A DNA stretch of 49,793 nt from Sedimentisphaerales bacterium (GTDB lineage: Bacteria > Planctomycetota > Phycisphaerae > Sedimentisphaerales > Anaerobacaceae). The notes beneath the pieces were generated by a model that worked only from the letters and a program-made list of their open reading frames with translations, did not search any database and was not told the origin of the DNA. Each line of letters opens with the position of its first letter. Positions within the stretch are counted from its first letter, which is position 1. The stretch covers positions 1 to 49,793 of the forward strand of contig JAFGPJ010000114.1 in NCBI GenBank assembly GCA_016936275.1, written 5' to 3'. The translations under genes were made by a program, and so were the position numbers. Shown piece after piece: positions 1 through 9,224 of the stretch.

Positions 1-1176
1 AGCACTCTTGTAGAATATTACATCGGGAGAGGCGGCGGTACTTCCGCAGGTTCATATAGTACCACTAAGGGCACATTCACCTTATATACTAAATCCTGTA
101 ACGGACCTAATATTACCGGTACCGGGCCTTTTACACAGTACAATGCCGACGGGAGTGGTTCAAGCGGCCAACCTATGGGCGAGCACTTTAACGGGTGGAG
201 CAGTATAGGAAAGGGCTTAAGCAGTCAAAACTACCAGGTAGTAATGGTAGAGTCATGGAGCAGCGGCACCGGCAGCGCCGTTGTGTCAGTCGCCAGCAGC
301 AACTGGTATACAAACTGGTGGGGTTCGGGGTCGGCTTCCTTTACCTGTGGCGGCGGCGGCACACTCCCCGATCAGGCGAGCAATCCTGGGCCGGCCAATG
401 GAGCAACCGGCGTTGGCATAACGACCGACCTGAGCTGGAATGCGGGCTCAGGCGCTACTTCACACGACGTATACTTCGGCACGGCAATCCCAATCACATA
501 CCGGGGCAACCGGACGACAACAACCTACGACACAGGCACGATGGCCGGTAATACGACTTATTACTGGCGAATAGACGAGAAGAACGGCACCGGAACTACC
601 ACCGGCAACATCTGGAGCTTTACTACAACCATCGTCGCAGCCCCCGGCAAGGCGACATCGCCCAGTCCCTCTAACGGCGAGACCGGCGTAGGCATAACAA
701 CCGACCTAAGCTGGACGGCGGGCTCAGGCGCTACTTCGCACGACGTTTATTTCGGCACTTCCTATCCGCCGCAGTCCCGCGGAAACCAGACAGGCACAAG
801 CTACGACACGGGTACTATGGCGAACAACACGACCTACTACTGGCGTATCGATGAGAAGAATGACGGGGGCACTACCACCGGCGACCTCTGGAGCTTCACA
901 ACTGCCTCAGCAGAGCCCGAGACCTGCGCAGATGTCCATACAGGCGGCTATGGTCTGCTCTCAGACCTCAATAACGACTGCTACGTTGATGAACTTGACC
1001 TGTGGATTGTAACCGACTACTGGCTTGAGACGGATTGTGGCGGATTTGACGATTGTGAAGGCAGCGATTTTGAACCCGACGGCGACGTTGATTTTGCCGA
1101 TTTTGCCGACTTTGCCCTGTTGTGGCTGGAGTGCAATGACCCCGAGAACCTCGACTACTGCACGCCTAACTGGTAA
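1..1176 (+). CDS. Secreted glycoside hydrolase, 5'-truncated by the window edge: C-terminal half of a GH11-like xylanase domain, two FN3-like modules and a dockerin-like C-terminus
   Basis: Frame 1 is open from nt 1, with no stop before the ORF-track Met at 175. The translation STLVEYYIGRGGG...TFTQYNADGSG...HFNGWSSIGKGL..YQVVMVESWSSGTGSAVVSV fits the GH11 pattern (EYYIV ... TFxQYWSVR ... HFxAW ... YQxxAxEGyxSSGS), including both catalytic Glu positions; the pattern is recalled from memory. Two ~90-aa repeats follow (DLSW.AGSGATSHDVYFGT...TTYYWRIDEKN...WSFTT), then DLNNDCYVDELDL and EPDGDVDFADFADF Ca-binding dockerin-like repeats. A strong terminator follows. Confidence 0.75.
   Translation, partial: STLVEYYIGRGGGTSAGSYSTTKGTFTLYTKSCNGPNITGTGPFTQYNADGSGSSGQPMGEHFNGWSSIGKGLSSQNYQVVMVESWSSGTGSAVVSVASSNWYTNWWGSGSASFTCGGGGTLPDQASNPGPANGATGVGITTDLSWNAGSGATSHDVYFGTAIPITYRGNRTTTTYDTGTMAGNTTYYWRIDEKNGTGTTTGNIWSFTTTIVAAPGKATSPSPSNGETGVGITTDLSWTAGSGATSHDVYFGTSYPPQSRGNQTGTSYDTGTMANNTTYYWRIDEKNDGGTTTGDLWSFTTASAEPETCADVHTGGYGLLSDLNNDCYVDELDLWIVTDYWLETDCGGFDDCEGSDFEPDGDVDFADFADFALLWLECNDPENLDYCTPNW
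367..906 (+). repeat. Tandem in-frame duplication (2 x ~270 bp) encoding two FN3-like 'YYWRIDEKN' modules
   Basis: The nucleotide blocks are near-identical. Example: accggcgttggcataacgaccgacctgagctgg...ggctcaggcgctacttcacacgacgtatacttcggcac versus accggcgtaggcataacaaccgacctaagctgg...ggctcaggcgctacttcgcacgacgtttatttcggcac. The protein units start at PDQASNPGPANGATGV and APGKATSPSPSNGETGV. Confidence 0.8.
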
Positions 1177-1203
1177 AGCAAAACTGAAATTTTACGCAAA
1201 AAA

Positions 1204-1237
1204 CAAGCCCGTCCTTGTCAGGGCGGGCTTGTTTTTT
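1204..1237 (+). terminator. Rho-independent terminator
   Basis: An 11-bp GC-rich stem, caagcccgtcc / gggcgggcttg (one G-U pair), with loop ttgtca, followed by tttttt. It lies 28 nt after the stop at 1176. Confidence 0.75.
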
Positions 1238-1267
1238 AGAAAATACTTCGAAAAACGGGCAAAAAGC

Positions 1268-1296
1268 TTGACTTTTTAGAACTCAAGTGATATTCT
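1268..1296 (+). promoter_or_regulatory. Sigma70-type promoter candidate (TTGACT-17-TATTCT, TGn extended -10)
   Basis: ttgact at 1268-1273, a 17-nt spacer ending in tga, and tattct at 1291-1296. It lies about 95 nt upstream of the ATG at 1393. Confidence 0.4.
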
Positions 1297-1392
1297 GACT
1301 GTAGAAATGTATGACAATATCGTTAAGAGCGCCAAAAGGCACCCCATATGTGGCTTTTCTTATAATTAACGGCCTTTTTGGGAGTGGTTACG

Positions 1393-3924
1393 ATGAGAAG
1401 GCGAAGGTCATATCCATCGGTCCAAACCGAGTCGAGAGGGCTTTCCCAGAGAAAAGTAATTGCGATTTTGGTAATATGCCTGTGTCTGGCTCAGTCGTCA
1501 ATAGCCGCGACGGGAACAGTTGATTATAACACCGTTTATCAGCAGCTCGAGGGCTTTGGCGGAGCTGCCTGTTACGAAGCTCAGTCTTTGCCAGGCCATC
1601 CAAACAAAGAAACGATTTATAACCTGTTGTTTACAAACCTCGGACTCGACGTTTTAAGGATAAAAAACACGTATCAAATCAACTCCGCCGATGTAATCGC
1701 GACGGGGCAAATCGTCGCTGCCGGCAAATCGCGTAATCCGGCGTTAAAAACTGAACTGGTTCCCTGGTCGCCACCTATTTCTCTTAAAAGTACGGGTGCC
1801 TTAGATAGCGGAACCCTTAAAAAAGACACTTACGGCAATTATATGTACGCCGAATATGCCGACTGGTGGGCAACCAGTTTAACGGGCTCAGGCGGATGGC
1901 ACAGCTACGGCGTTTACCCAGACTACATAAGTATCCAGAACGAGCCGGACTGGGCAATCCAGGACCAGGTGTGCAGATTCAATCCTACGGAAAACTCGTC
2001 CTACGCCGGCTATGACAAGGCGTTCGAGGCGGTTTATAACAGGATGGACGGAAACGTTTCACCTATGCCTAAGATGCTCGCCCCCGAGTCGATTGGAATG
2101 GGCAATTCCCAGGGGTATATAAATGCATTGGTAAACAGAGGTCAGACAAGCCGTATCTATGGCTTTTCGCACCATCTTTACAGCGACGGCAGCTACAGTA
2201 ACCCCGACAATATGATTTCGGCGATGCAAGATTACAACGAAATTAACGGCTATAAGCCCTTGTTTATGACTGAGTATGGCGCCGAGGACACACCGACATT
2301 TGAACATGCCGTATTAATGGCACGACATATTCACAATTGCCTTGTTTATGAAGGCGTAACTTCGTATTATCACTGGTCTCTGTTTAGGGGCTGGGGAGGC
2401 GGAGGCATGATAAATATTGAGGGCGGCACCTACGATGTTCGAGAACTTTACTGGTTTTTTAAGCATTTCGCGTATTTCACAGACCCGAACTGGTATCGCA
2501 TCAACGCCACCCCAAGTCCATCTACCAATCTGCGAATGACCGCGTTTAAGGACCCCGACGGCGAATCACTTACGATAGTGATACTCAATAAATCGACCAG
2601 CAGTGAAAGCATAACGCTTACTATAAATGATTTCCCACAAAACGACTCGCCCCTTTTCACGGAAATTTACCGAAGCAGCCAGATGGAGCACTGGGCATAT
2701 ATCGGAACATTCAATCCCTCCGAGGCGCTTACGCTGCCGGCAGAGTCAATCACAACAATAAGTATGATCAACTGCCCTGCAAGCAGCAGTTGGAAAATCC
2801 TCGACAGCGGGATGAATGCCGACGTTCAGGTTGCGACTGTTTACAACAGTGAGCTGATTGCCGGAGGCGACTTTACTACAGCCGGCGGAGCCGCAGCCAA
2901 CCGTATCGCCCGCTGGGACGGCAGTAGCTGGCAGCCGCTTGGCAGCGGAATGGACAACACCGTTTACGCCCTGACGGTTTACAACGGGGAATTGATTGCC
3001 GGAGGTTGGTTCAATTCAGCCGGCGGAACCGCCGCAAGCTACATTGCCCGATGGGACGGCTCAAATTGGCAGCCGGTGGGTAGTGGATTTTATGATGCGG
3101 TATTTGCCTTAACAGTTTACAACGGAAAGTTGATAGCAGGTGGCGCTTTCGGTATTGCTCAGTGGAACGGCTCAAACTGGCAGCCGCTGGGCAGCGGAAT
3201 GAATGACGTGGTCATTTCCTTGACGGTTTACGACGGCAATCTGGCAGCGGGCGGTTTTTTCACTTCCGCAGGCGAGGTTGCCTGCAATTATATCGCAGAG
3301 TGGAACGGAAGCGAATGGCAGCCATTAGGCGACGGTTTAGATAATGCAGTATATGCCCTGACGGCTTCAGATGATGGATTGATTGCCGGCGGTGAATTTA
3401 CATCAGCGGGGGGCTCCCCGGCGAATTATATTGCCCGCTGGGACGGCTCAAACTGGCAGCCGATGGGCGACGGAATGAATAGTTACGTTTACATCAACGA
3501 CTTAACAGTTTACAGCGGGAATGTGATAGCAGGAGGTTCTTTCACAACGGCGGGCGGTTCTGGAGCCAATTATATCGCCCGATGGGACGGCTTAGGGTGG
3601 CATTCGCTGGGCAGCGGGGTGAATAACCATGTTTCAGGCCTGACTGTTTACGAAGGCGAGCTGATTGCCGGAGGCAGTTTTACGGCAGCAGGGGGCACTT
3701 CGGCGGCTCGTGTGGCAAGGTGGGGCCTGCCTGTTATATACAAGGGCGATTTGAATCACGATTGTGTTGTGAACTGGCTTGATTTGAAATGGCTCGTAGA
3801 TAGGTGGCTCGACGAGGATTGTATATCAAACGGCTGGTGCTATGAGGCCGACTTGAATTATGACTTTATAGTGAATTTTGAGGACTCTGCTAATCTTGGA
3901 GATAACTGGTTGCAGGCGCCATAA
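1393..3924 (+). CDS. Secreted GH30-like glycoside hydrolase (xylanase/glucosylceramidase-type clan A fold) fused to a 7-blade beta-propeller and a dockerin-like C-terminus
   Basis: The ORF track begins at a TTG (1378). The ATG at 1393 gives MRRRRSYPS...VIAILVICLCLAQSSIAATG, a signal-peptide-like N-terminus. YQQLEGFGGAACY, ISIQNEPDW (acid/base Glu context) and LFMTEYG (nucleophile context) fit GH30. Seven repeats follow of the form ARWDGSNWQPLGSGMN.VYALTVYNGELIAGG.FTSAGG. The C-terminus has GDLNHDCVVNWLDLKWLVDRWL and EADLNYDFIVNFEDSANL dockerin-like repeats. Confidence 0.8.
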   Translation: MRRRRSYPSVQTESRGLSQRKVIAILVICLCLAQSSIAATGTVDYNTVYQQLEGFGGAACYEAQSLPGHPNKETIYNLLFTNLGLDVLRIKNTYQINSADVIATGQIVAAGKSRNPALKTELVPWSPPISLKSTGALDSGTLKKDTYGNYMYAEYADWWATSLTGSGGWHSYGVYPDYISIQNEPDWAIQDQVCRFNPTENSSYAGYDKAFEAVYNRMDGNVSPMPKMLAPESIGMGNSQGYINALVNRGQTSRIYGFSHHLYSDGSYSNPDNMISAMQDYNEINGYKPLFMTEYGAEDTPTFEHAVLMARHIHNCLVYEGVTSYYHWSLFRGWGGGGMINIEGGTYDVRELYWFFKHFAYFTDPNWYRINATPSPSTNLRMTAFKDPDGESLTIVILNKSTSSESITLTINDFPQNDSPLFTEIYRSSQMEHWAYIGTFNPSEALTLPAESITTISMINCPASSSWKILDSGMNADVQVATVYNSELIAGGDFTTAGGAAANRIARWDGSSWQPLGSGMDNTVYALTVYNGELIAGGWFNSAGGTAASYIARWDGSNWQPVGSGFYDAVFALTVYNGKLIAGGAFGIAQWNGSNWQPLGSGMNDVVISLTVYDGNLAAGGFFTSAGEVACNYIAEWNGSEWQPLGDGLDNAVYALTASDDGLIAGGEFTSAGGSPANYIARWDGSNWQPMGDGMNSYVYINDLTVYSGNVIAGGSFTTAGGSGANYIARWDGLGWHSLGSGVNNHVSGLTVYEGELIAGGSFTAAGGTSAARVARWGLPVIYKGDLNHDCVVNWLDLKWLVDRWLDEDCISNGWCYEADLNYDFIVNFEDSANLGDNWLQAP
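2808..3725 (+). repeat. Seven tandem ~46-48-aa blade repeats (beta-propeller) within the GH30-like gene
   Basis: The units begin MNADVQVATVYNSELIAGG, MDNTVYALTVYNGELIAGG, FYDAVFALTVYNGKLIAGG, MNDVVISLTVYDGNLAAGG, LDNAVYALTASDDGLIAGG, MNSYVYINDLTVYSGNVIAGG and VNNHVSGLTVYEGELIAGG. Each ends in (A/E)(R/Q/E)W(D/N)GS.WQP(L/V/M)G(S/D)G. Confidence 0.8.
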
Positions 3925-4085
3925 TCTGTAAAATGCCCTATTAAAAAAGAATGCGGTTTTGTAATACTTTGTAAATAAAAGAGTTATGTTATAAACTTGG
4001 CAGCCGGGATGGCTGGAAGTGTATTATTATTACGCATTTGAAAGGGAATATCGTCTGAAAAAAAGCGGAAATTTATTAAAAAAAC

Positions 4086-4114
4086 TTGATTTTTCGTAGT
4101 ACTTGTGGTATGCT
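4086..4114 (+). promoter_or_regulatory. Sigma70-type promoter candidate (TTGATT-17-TATGCT, TGn extended -10)
   Basis: ttgatt at 4086-4091, a 17-nt spacer ending in tgg, and tatgct at 4109-4114. The flanking sequence (aaaaaacttgattttt) resembles the promoter at 1268 (aaaaagcttgacttttt). Confidence 0.4.
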
Positions 4115-4206
4115 AATTGAAGTAATATTGCCTGGCGGTGTAGCCCGGCACATTATAAGAAGTGTTACTGGTATAAATGAACTTGGGTGATAAGGAGGAA
4201 AGAGTT

Positions 4207-7200
4207 ATGTTGAAAAAAAGTATTTTTTATTGTTTTGCATCAATGTTGTTAGTTTCAGTATTGGGCACGCCTTGTTTTGCGGGGATGACGGCCGACCGTG
4301 TTCCTATCGCGCACACGTGGCCAGCCATAGCGGGTGTTACGCGGGAAATAGAGACTTACGTCGACCCCAACTCCCCTACGGGAACAACCGGTGCCGGACA
4401 GAGGGTTCAGGAAAACTTTGATGGCGGCAGAGCCGTGACTCAGTCATTCACGAACCCAATCGAGAATGACGGTTTCAATCTCAGAAACATGGTTATCACC
4501 GATGGCGGAGCGACCGGCGACGAGGAAAACGTATTTACCCTGCACCTTTTTGACCTCGACGTGTCCAGAGAGGCGAGCGGTGGTGGAAGCGGCCTGCCAG
4601 TATGGCAGTTAACGGGCGGTTACCGCCCCGACACCGATGCGATGCCCCCACGCTATGACTGGTTTTCAACGGAATGCGAATTTATTTTCTGGCCAGACGA
4701 GAACGAACCGGATCCGAATGATTACTTTGTGATATTCAGTTTCACGGAGTACGACTGCATGGACATCGAACCCAATCATCTTTATGCATTCGAGATTTGG
4801 GGGCCCGATGCGGCCACTGCGGGTATGTACTGGATACGCGACGCCGTGGACAACGGATATACGGGCGGCCGCGCTTACGAATGCTCAGGCACCGCTGACG
4901 GTCCCGACCCAGGCGTAGGTCCTCCGGACCTCAGCGCCACTCGATCGGGTATTGCAGGTAATCAACGCGATATGACACTTGCCGTTTATGGCGTGCTTGC
5001 CAACGGCAACGCATACCATCCGCTTCCTCGTGATTACGAGCCGGAAGCAGATGTGACTCCAGTATTGAAATGGTCGCCCGGTAAATGGGTTGCGGATACC
5101 CAAGGCCACCAGCTGTGGTTAAGCACGGCTAAGGCTTTTGTGGACAACCGTATGCCCGGTGCAAATAAGGGCAAGATGGATGCCAACGAGTATCCTGCTG
5201 GAACGCTTGCATTCGAAACAACCTACTATTGGAGAGTTGACGAGTACAACTCCGTTAGTAATCCAGGCAGTTATTGGGGAGGCCCGGTCTGGCGATTTAC
5301 GACCATTGGTCCAAAAGCCCGAAAACCTGTTCCGACTTCAGGAAAAACCGCTGAGTTCTCTCTAACCTCATTTAACCTCAGCTGGACAAAGGGCGCATGG
5401 GCAGCGGATATTAATGGTCACAGGGTTTACTTCGGCACAGATGAAAATGATGTGAACGTCGCTGACACTAATACCCCCACGATTTACAGGGGCCAGCAGA
5501 CGCCTGATTTCTATAGCCTTCTCGACCTGGCTGGGGATTACACTTTAGAAGGTGGGTCAACTTACTACTGGCGCGTCGATGAAGTAAACGACGGCACCGC
5601 GGGCAGCCCGTGGAAAGGGCCTGTATGGAACTTCACAATGCCTACGTTTGTCGTTGTTGAAAACTTCGTCTATGGCAGTCAGTCGGATATGAACTCGGTA
5701 TGGAAAGCACCTACAACGAACTATTGCTTCCCTGCGTGTACTGCCAATCCAGGCGGCGCAATCACTTTGGACAGCGGCAGGATGCGGTTCGAATTCGATA
5801 ACAGGGGTACAATAGCTTGTCCGTGGTCGGAAGCGAAGGCGGATAACAATGGCACCGGCCTCGGAATGGACTGGACCATCAGCGGAATTGTCAACACAGT
5901 ATCTCTTGCAGTCGGCGTCGACGGAAATATCGCCAGCTCAATCAAACCCGATTATGACCATTTGTATTTGGCGATAGAGGACAGCGTCGGCAACTTCGGG
6001 GCTGTCTATTGCGACGACACCATCATTCAGAAAAGACAGTTCGGCAGTGTTGAAGGCAATATATGGAATATTTCCCTTGCTGACCTTGTCAATAACGGCA
6101 CTCCGAGTCCGGTTGACCTGACGGACATCAACGCAATGTATATAGGATTTGGCCCCAGATGTAGTTGGGGACCTCCTCCTTATACATACGGCGGGCAGGG
6201 CGTTATTCGCATCGACAACATCCGGCTGTATATGCCGAGATGTCTGACGGAGTACGGCGGACACAAAGGTCCTCCCGGTTCAGCCGACCTTGCCGGCGTT
6301 TACAATGGAGCCGGTAACTGGATGCCAGGCGATTGCACAGTGAACCTGTTCGACATTGATTACATGTTCCACGTTAATTCGGAAACTGATACCAGACACT
6401 GGCTCGATACAGACGTTACATTGAACTATGCCGGCGCGACCGCGCCGCTGAACGATTCCAGTCATTTGATGCTCTGGTACAAGTTCGATACCGAGACCGG
6501 TACAACTGGAACCGTGTCGGTAATCGATTCTTCAGGAAACGCCAGGCACGGCACAATCGGCAACCCACATCAATTACTGTGGGACCCAAACGGCGCCAGC
6601 GGTCAATGCCTCAATACCGAGGCAGGTTTAATGACATGGGTAGAAGTTCCAACTTCAGCATATCCCGACCCCAATACTAATCCAAGCGTCCATGGCGTTA
6701 CTTTCAGCTTCTGGACCGCGGCGGATATGAACTATGAGATGACGGGCCTTTTAAATGCGGAATGGCCTTCAGTGTTAATGATGCACTACAAGGAACCGAA
6801 CGAGAATAATGCGTTCACAACCGCTGACGATGGTCAGATGCTTGAGACGCAGTTCCCGACGCCGTGGCCTCCAAACCATCAATGGGGTCCGCAGATCCGC
6901 TTCGTAGATCAAAGAAACAACTCCGGTCCGCACGTTGGTCGTCCAGGTTCACCATGGGTCAGACCCGATCACTTCGGAAGACGCTGGAACCACTATGCCC
7001 TCACATTTGATGATGTCAACAGAATCAAAGAGGTCTGGGAAAACGGTGTACGCGTTGCTGTTGTTGAGCATAACTTCCTTGACCCCAACGATGTCAACGT
7101 ACCGTTGCCGTTATGGCCCAAACCTGGTTCACTACGTCTTTGCACCCGCAGCAACAGGTACTATGACCCGGGCCCGGGCCGCGGATTTACGGGTCCGAAC

Positions 7201-7413
7201 TGGGGATTCTGGTACGGCAAGCTGGATGAGGTCAGAATTTACAACTACAGATTGCATGAAAACGAGATACAGTGGCTCGCCACTAATGGCGCACCTACTC
7301 GTGCTGTGAATATCGAGGACAACGCTAACCTCAACAATGACAATGCTATTGACTTCAAAGATTTTGCTATACTCGCACAACAGTGGTTAGCTCCGGCAAT
7401 TTTGTGGCCGTAA
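4207..7413 (+). CDS. Secreted LamG/concanavalin-A-like lectin-domain protein with FN3-like 'YYWRVDE' modules and a dockerin-like C-terminus
   Basis: An aaggagg RBS precedes the ATG at 4207, so the track start at 4177 is less likely. The signal peptide is MLKKSIFYCFASMLLVSVLGTPCFAG. There are two modules ending TTYYWRVDEYN..GPVWRFTT and STYYWRVDEVN..GPVWNFT. LamG-type signatures are LMLWYKFDTETGTTG..VIDSSGNARHGTIGN near the start and WYGKLDEVRIYNYRLHENEI at the end. The C-terminus is NLNNDNAIDFKDFAILAQQWL. Confidence 0.78.
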   Translation: MLKKSIFYCFASMLLVSVLGTPCFAGMTADRVPIAHTWPAIAGVTREIETYVDPNSPTGTTGAGQRVQENFDGGRAVTQSFTNPIENDGFNLRNMVITDGGATGDEENVFTLHLFDLDVSREASGGGSGLPVWQLTGGYRPDTDAMPPRYDWFSTECEFIFWPDENEPDPNDYFVIFSFTEYDCMDIEPNHLYAFEIWGPDAATAGMYWIRDAVDNGYTGGRAYECSGTADGPDPGVGPPDLSATRSGIAGNQRDMTLAVYGVLANGNAYHPLPRDYEPEADVTPVLKWSPGKWVADTQGHQLWLSTAKAFVDNRMPGANKGKMDANEYPAGTLAFETTYYWRVDEYNSVSNPGSYWGGPVWRFTTIGPKARKPVPTSGKTAEFSLTSFNLSWTKGAWAADINGHRVYFGTDENDVNVADTNTPTIYRGQQTPDFYSLLDLAGDYTLEGGSTYYWRVDEVNDGTAGSPWKGPVWNFTMPTFVVVENFVYGSQSDMNSVWKAPTTNYCFPACTANPGGAITLDSGRMRFEFDNRGTIACPWSEAKADNNGTGLGMDWTISGIVNTVSLAVGVDGNIASSIKPDYDHLYLAIEDSVGNFGAVYCDDTIIQKRQFGSVEGNIWNISLADLVNNGTPSPVDLTDINAMYIGFGPRCSWGPPPYTYGGQGVIRIDNIRLYMPRCLTEYGGHKGPPGSADLAGVYNGAGNWMPGDCTVNLFDIDYMFHVNSETDTRHWLDTDVTLNYAGATAPLNDSSHLMLWYKFDTETGTTGTVSVIDSSGNARHGTIGNPHQLLWDPNGASGQCLNTEAGLMTWVEVPTSAYPDPNTNPSVHGVTFSFWTAADMNYEMTGLLNAEWPSVLMMHYKEPNENNAFTTADDGQMLETQFPTPWPPNHQWGPQIRFVDQRNNSGPHVGRPGSPWVRPDHFGRRWNHYALTFDDVNRIKEVWENGVRVAVVEHNFLDPNDVNVPLPLWPKPGSLRLCTRSNRYYDPGPGRGFTGPNWGFWYGKLDEVRIYNYRLHENEIQWLATNGAPTRAVNIEDNANLNNDNAIDFKDFAILAQQWLAPAILWP

Positions 7414-7436
7414 TAGAAGTTTCCATTTGAATTTTC

Positions 7437-7477
7437 GGGGCCTGCATCGTAAAACGCGGTGCAGGCCCCGTGTTTTT
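7437..7477 (+). terminator. Rho-independent terminator
   Basis: A perfect 10-bp stem, ggggcctgca / tgcaggcccc, with a 13-nt loop, followed by gtgttttt. It lies 24 nt after the stop at 7413. Confidence 0.8.
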
Positions 7478-7658
7478 GGGGATTTGCTGTTTCAGTCAAA
7501 CAAGGAATTGAAATTCGTTGTACCCGATATCACAACATATCACCGGTGGGACATACGTCAAGAAGGATAATCCGGCGACATTGGCATTGTCTCGACAAGT
7601 TGACAATATCGCTTGAACCAGTGATATTTACATAAGCTATTGCATACATGTCCCATTA

Positions 7659-8087
7659 CTAAAAAGAATCAATCCAGTGTTCTGCAAATGCAGTGAGGTC
7701 ATTGTTGTCCACGACACCATCCGGCCCGCAACCGGCTCCGCCACACCAGCATGGCTCAACGCAATTGACATCTTGCCATTTGTTCGCAAACAAGGAGTAG
7801 TCAATAAAATCGACATTTTGGCTGTTGTCGAAATCCCCAAGCAATTGGTGGAAGTCATATATATAATCATCGCCACCACTGCCATCACCGTTGCCATCCA
7901 AGTAATTATCGCCGGTATCAATGATAAGCGAAGCCAGTATAGTAGCTGTGTGATTGCCATCGTTGAAATCAACAACTGACAGGTCCCACATCGCGTTCCA
8001 AGTTGACTCGACATAGTTGAAGTCGGCGGGAGTCAGACCTGAGAGATTTACCGGGGCGCTGGTTGTATTATTGTACAGTGTTCGAAC
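7659..8087 (-). pseudogene. Start-less C-terminal fragment of a dockerin-bearing secreted protein (gene remnant), or possibly a 110-aa orphan dockerin ORF
   Basis: The minus-strand frame stays open for 32 codons upstream of the track Met (7991), back to a TAG at 8088-8090. That stretch reads VRTLYNNTTSAPVNLSGLTPADFNYVESTWNA-MWDLSVVDF..., with no ATG/GTG/TTG and no signal peptide. The C-terminus carries two dockerin-like loops (GDFDNSQNVDFIDYSLFANKW and GPDGVVDNNDLTAFAEHW), like the three intact genes to the left. Confidence 0.45.
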
Positions 8088-8230
8088 CTACAAACTACGG
8101 ATTAGAAAGTCTTGACATAGGGTTGTAACATATTGTAAATAAAACACTTATGATTATCAAATGCAGTTGGAACTCATTCTCGGTAATCAATTGCACGGCT
8201 AAAGAATTGTTGCACAGGCCGAGCCGTTAG

Positions 8231-9202
8231 CTAAGAGCTCGCCGTTTCCTCGCCTCGCGATTCCTCAATAAGCTTGTTGGCTCGTGCGATGAACTCTGAG
8301 CCCATGTTATACGGGATTGTGCTGGTAAGGGGAATCATCCGCAGAGACGCCCGCAGACAATACAACTGCGACTCCGTGGGTTCGCCTATAATGATATCAA
8401 TCCAGGAATTTTCGAGCGACATGAGCACAAGGACAGGCGTATCCTTCATGAGCTTGTTCAGTAGAAAACCGAACCATAGAAGCGTATTTTGCAGCATTGT
8501 GGACGCAGAGACAGAAACGCGCAGCAGCGTCGGCCGCACAGTTTCTCCCTTACTCGCATCTGGTCTATAACGAGTAATTTCGCGCTCAATATGATACAGG
8601 ATACGGAGCAGACCCTCATGGTCAGCGCCCATTTCGGGATACTCAGCCAGCTTCGCCAGAACATCACGCGGCACAACCGACAAATCAGTGATGGGCGGAT
8701 TTTGCTGAATCAACCTGCGAAATTCCGTCTGGGCATTTTCAAGGGCCTCCTTGACTTCTGTTGGTGAAGTTGTCGCAACACAGATTTTCTCGATGTTTTC
8801 CAAGGAAGGCAGGATATGCTCAAAGACCCACTCAAGGGGCAATTGACGGCACTGGACACAGACCACCATTGGATAACTTGTGCGTCCTTTGCCGTCCCGA
8901 GACGACCACAGGCGCCCAACGACGAGATTGTCGTCCATACGCCACACAAACAAATGTCTAAATCTTTCTAATCGCTGATCATCCTGAAGTTTCTCCCAAT
9001 TTCCGGAGTCGATATTCCCGCCGATGCCCTGAACATAAAGAATGCGTTTAACGGCCACGAGAATATCGGTTTCGAGACCAATGTCATCAATATGGTCGTC
9101 CCAGCCCGGATGCTTGCCAAACGCGGCAACAAATACCCTTTCAAACGCTTGCTGCCCTCTTGCGTTAAAACGTGCGACAATCTTTTTCAAAATTGAACTC
9201 AA
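8231..9202 (-). CDS. tagF: TagF-like T6SS accessory protein (DUF2094 family), extended C-terminus
   Basis: FVAAFGKHPGWDDHIDDIGL resembles the TagF N-terminal motif (G.(F/Y)GKLP..GDF(I/V)). It lies immediately downstream of tssM (22-nt gap), which is the classical tssM/tagF neighbourhood. The start is a TTG, and no in-frame ATG is nearby. Confidence 0.6.
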   Translation of the reverse strand: MSSILKKIVARFNARGQQAFERVFVAAFGKHPGWDDHIDDIGLETDILVAVKRILYVQGIGGNIDSGNWEKLQDDQRLERFRHLFVWRMDDNLVVGRLWSSRDGKGRTSYPMVVCVQCRQLPLEWVFEHILPSLENIEKICVATTSPTEVKEALENAQTEFRRLIQQNPPITDLSVVPRDVLAKLAEYPEMGADHEGLLRILYHIEREITRYRPDASKGETVRPTLLRVSVSASTMLQNTLLWFGFLLNKLMKDTPVLVLMSLENSWIDIIIGEPTESQLYCLRASLRMIPLTSTIPYNMGSEFIARANKLIEESRGEETASS

Positions 9203-9224
9203 AATCTCTTACCCCAGAAGGAAA

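Noticed and set aside
1311-1523. 70-aa + strand ORF, and alternative TTG starts at 1378, 4177, 26692, 34751 and 42108 from the ORF track
   Set aside because: The short ORF overlaps the GH30 signal-peptide region in another frame. For the listed genes, a downstream ATG gives a better RBS and/or a proper signal peptide or lipobox, or lies downstream of a promoter match.
7637-8014. 125-aa minus-strand ORF and 100-aa + strand ORF (7677-7979) overlapping the dockerin fragment
   Set aside because: They are alternative frames of the same segment. Only the 7659-8087 frame gives recognisable dockerin-like Ca-binding loops.
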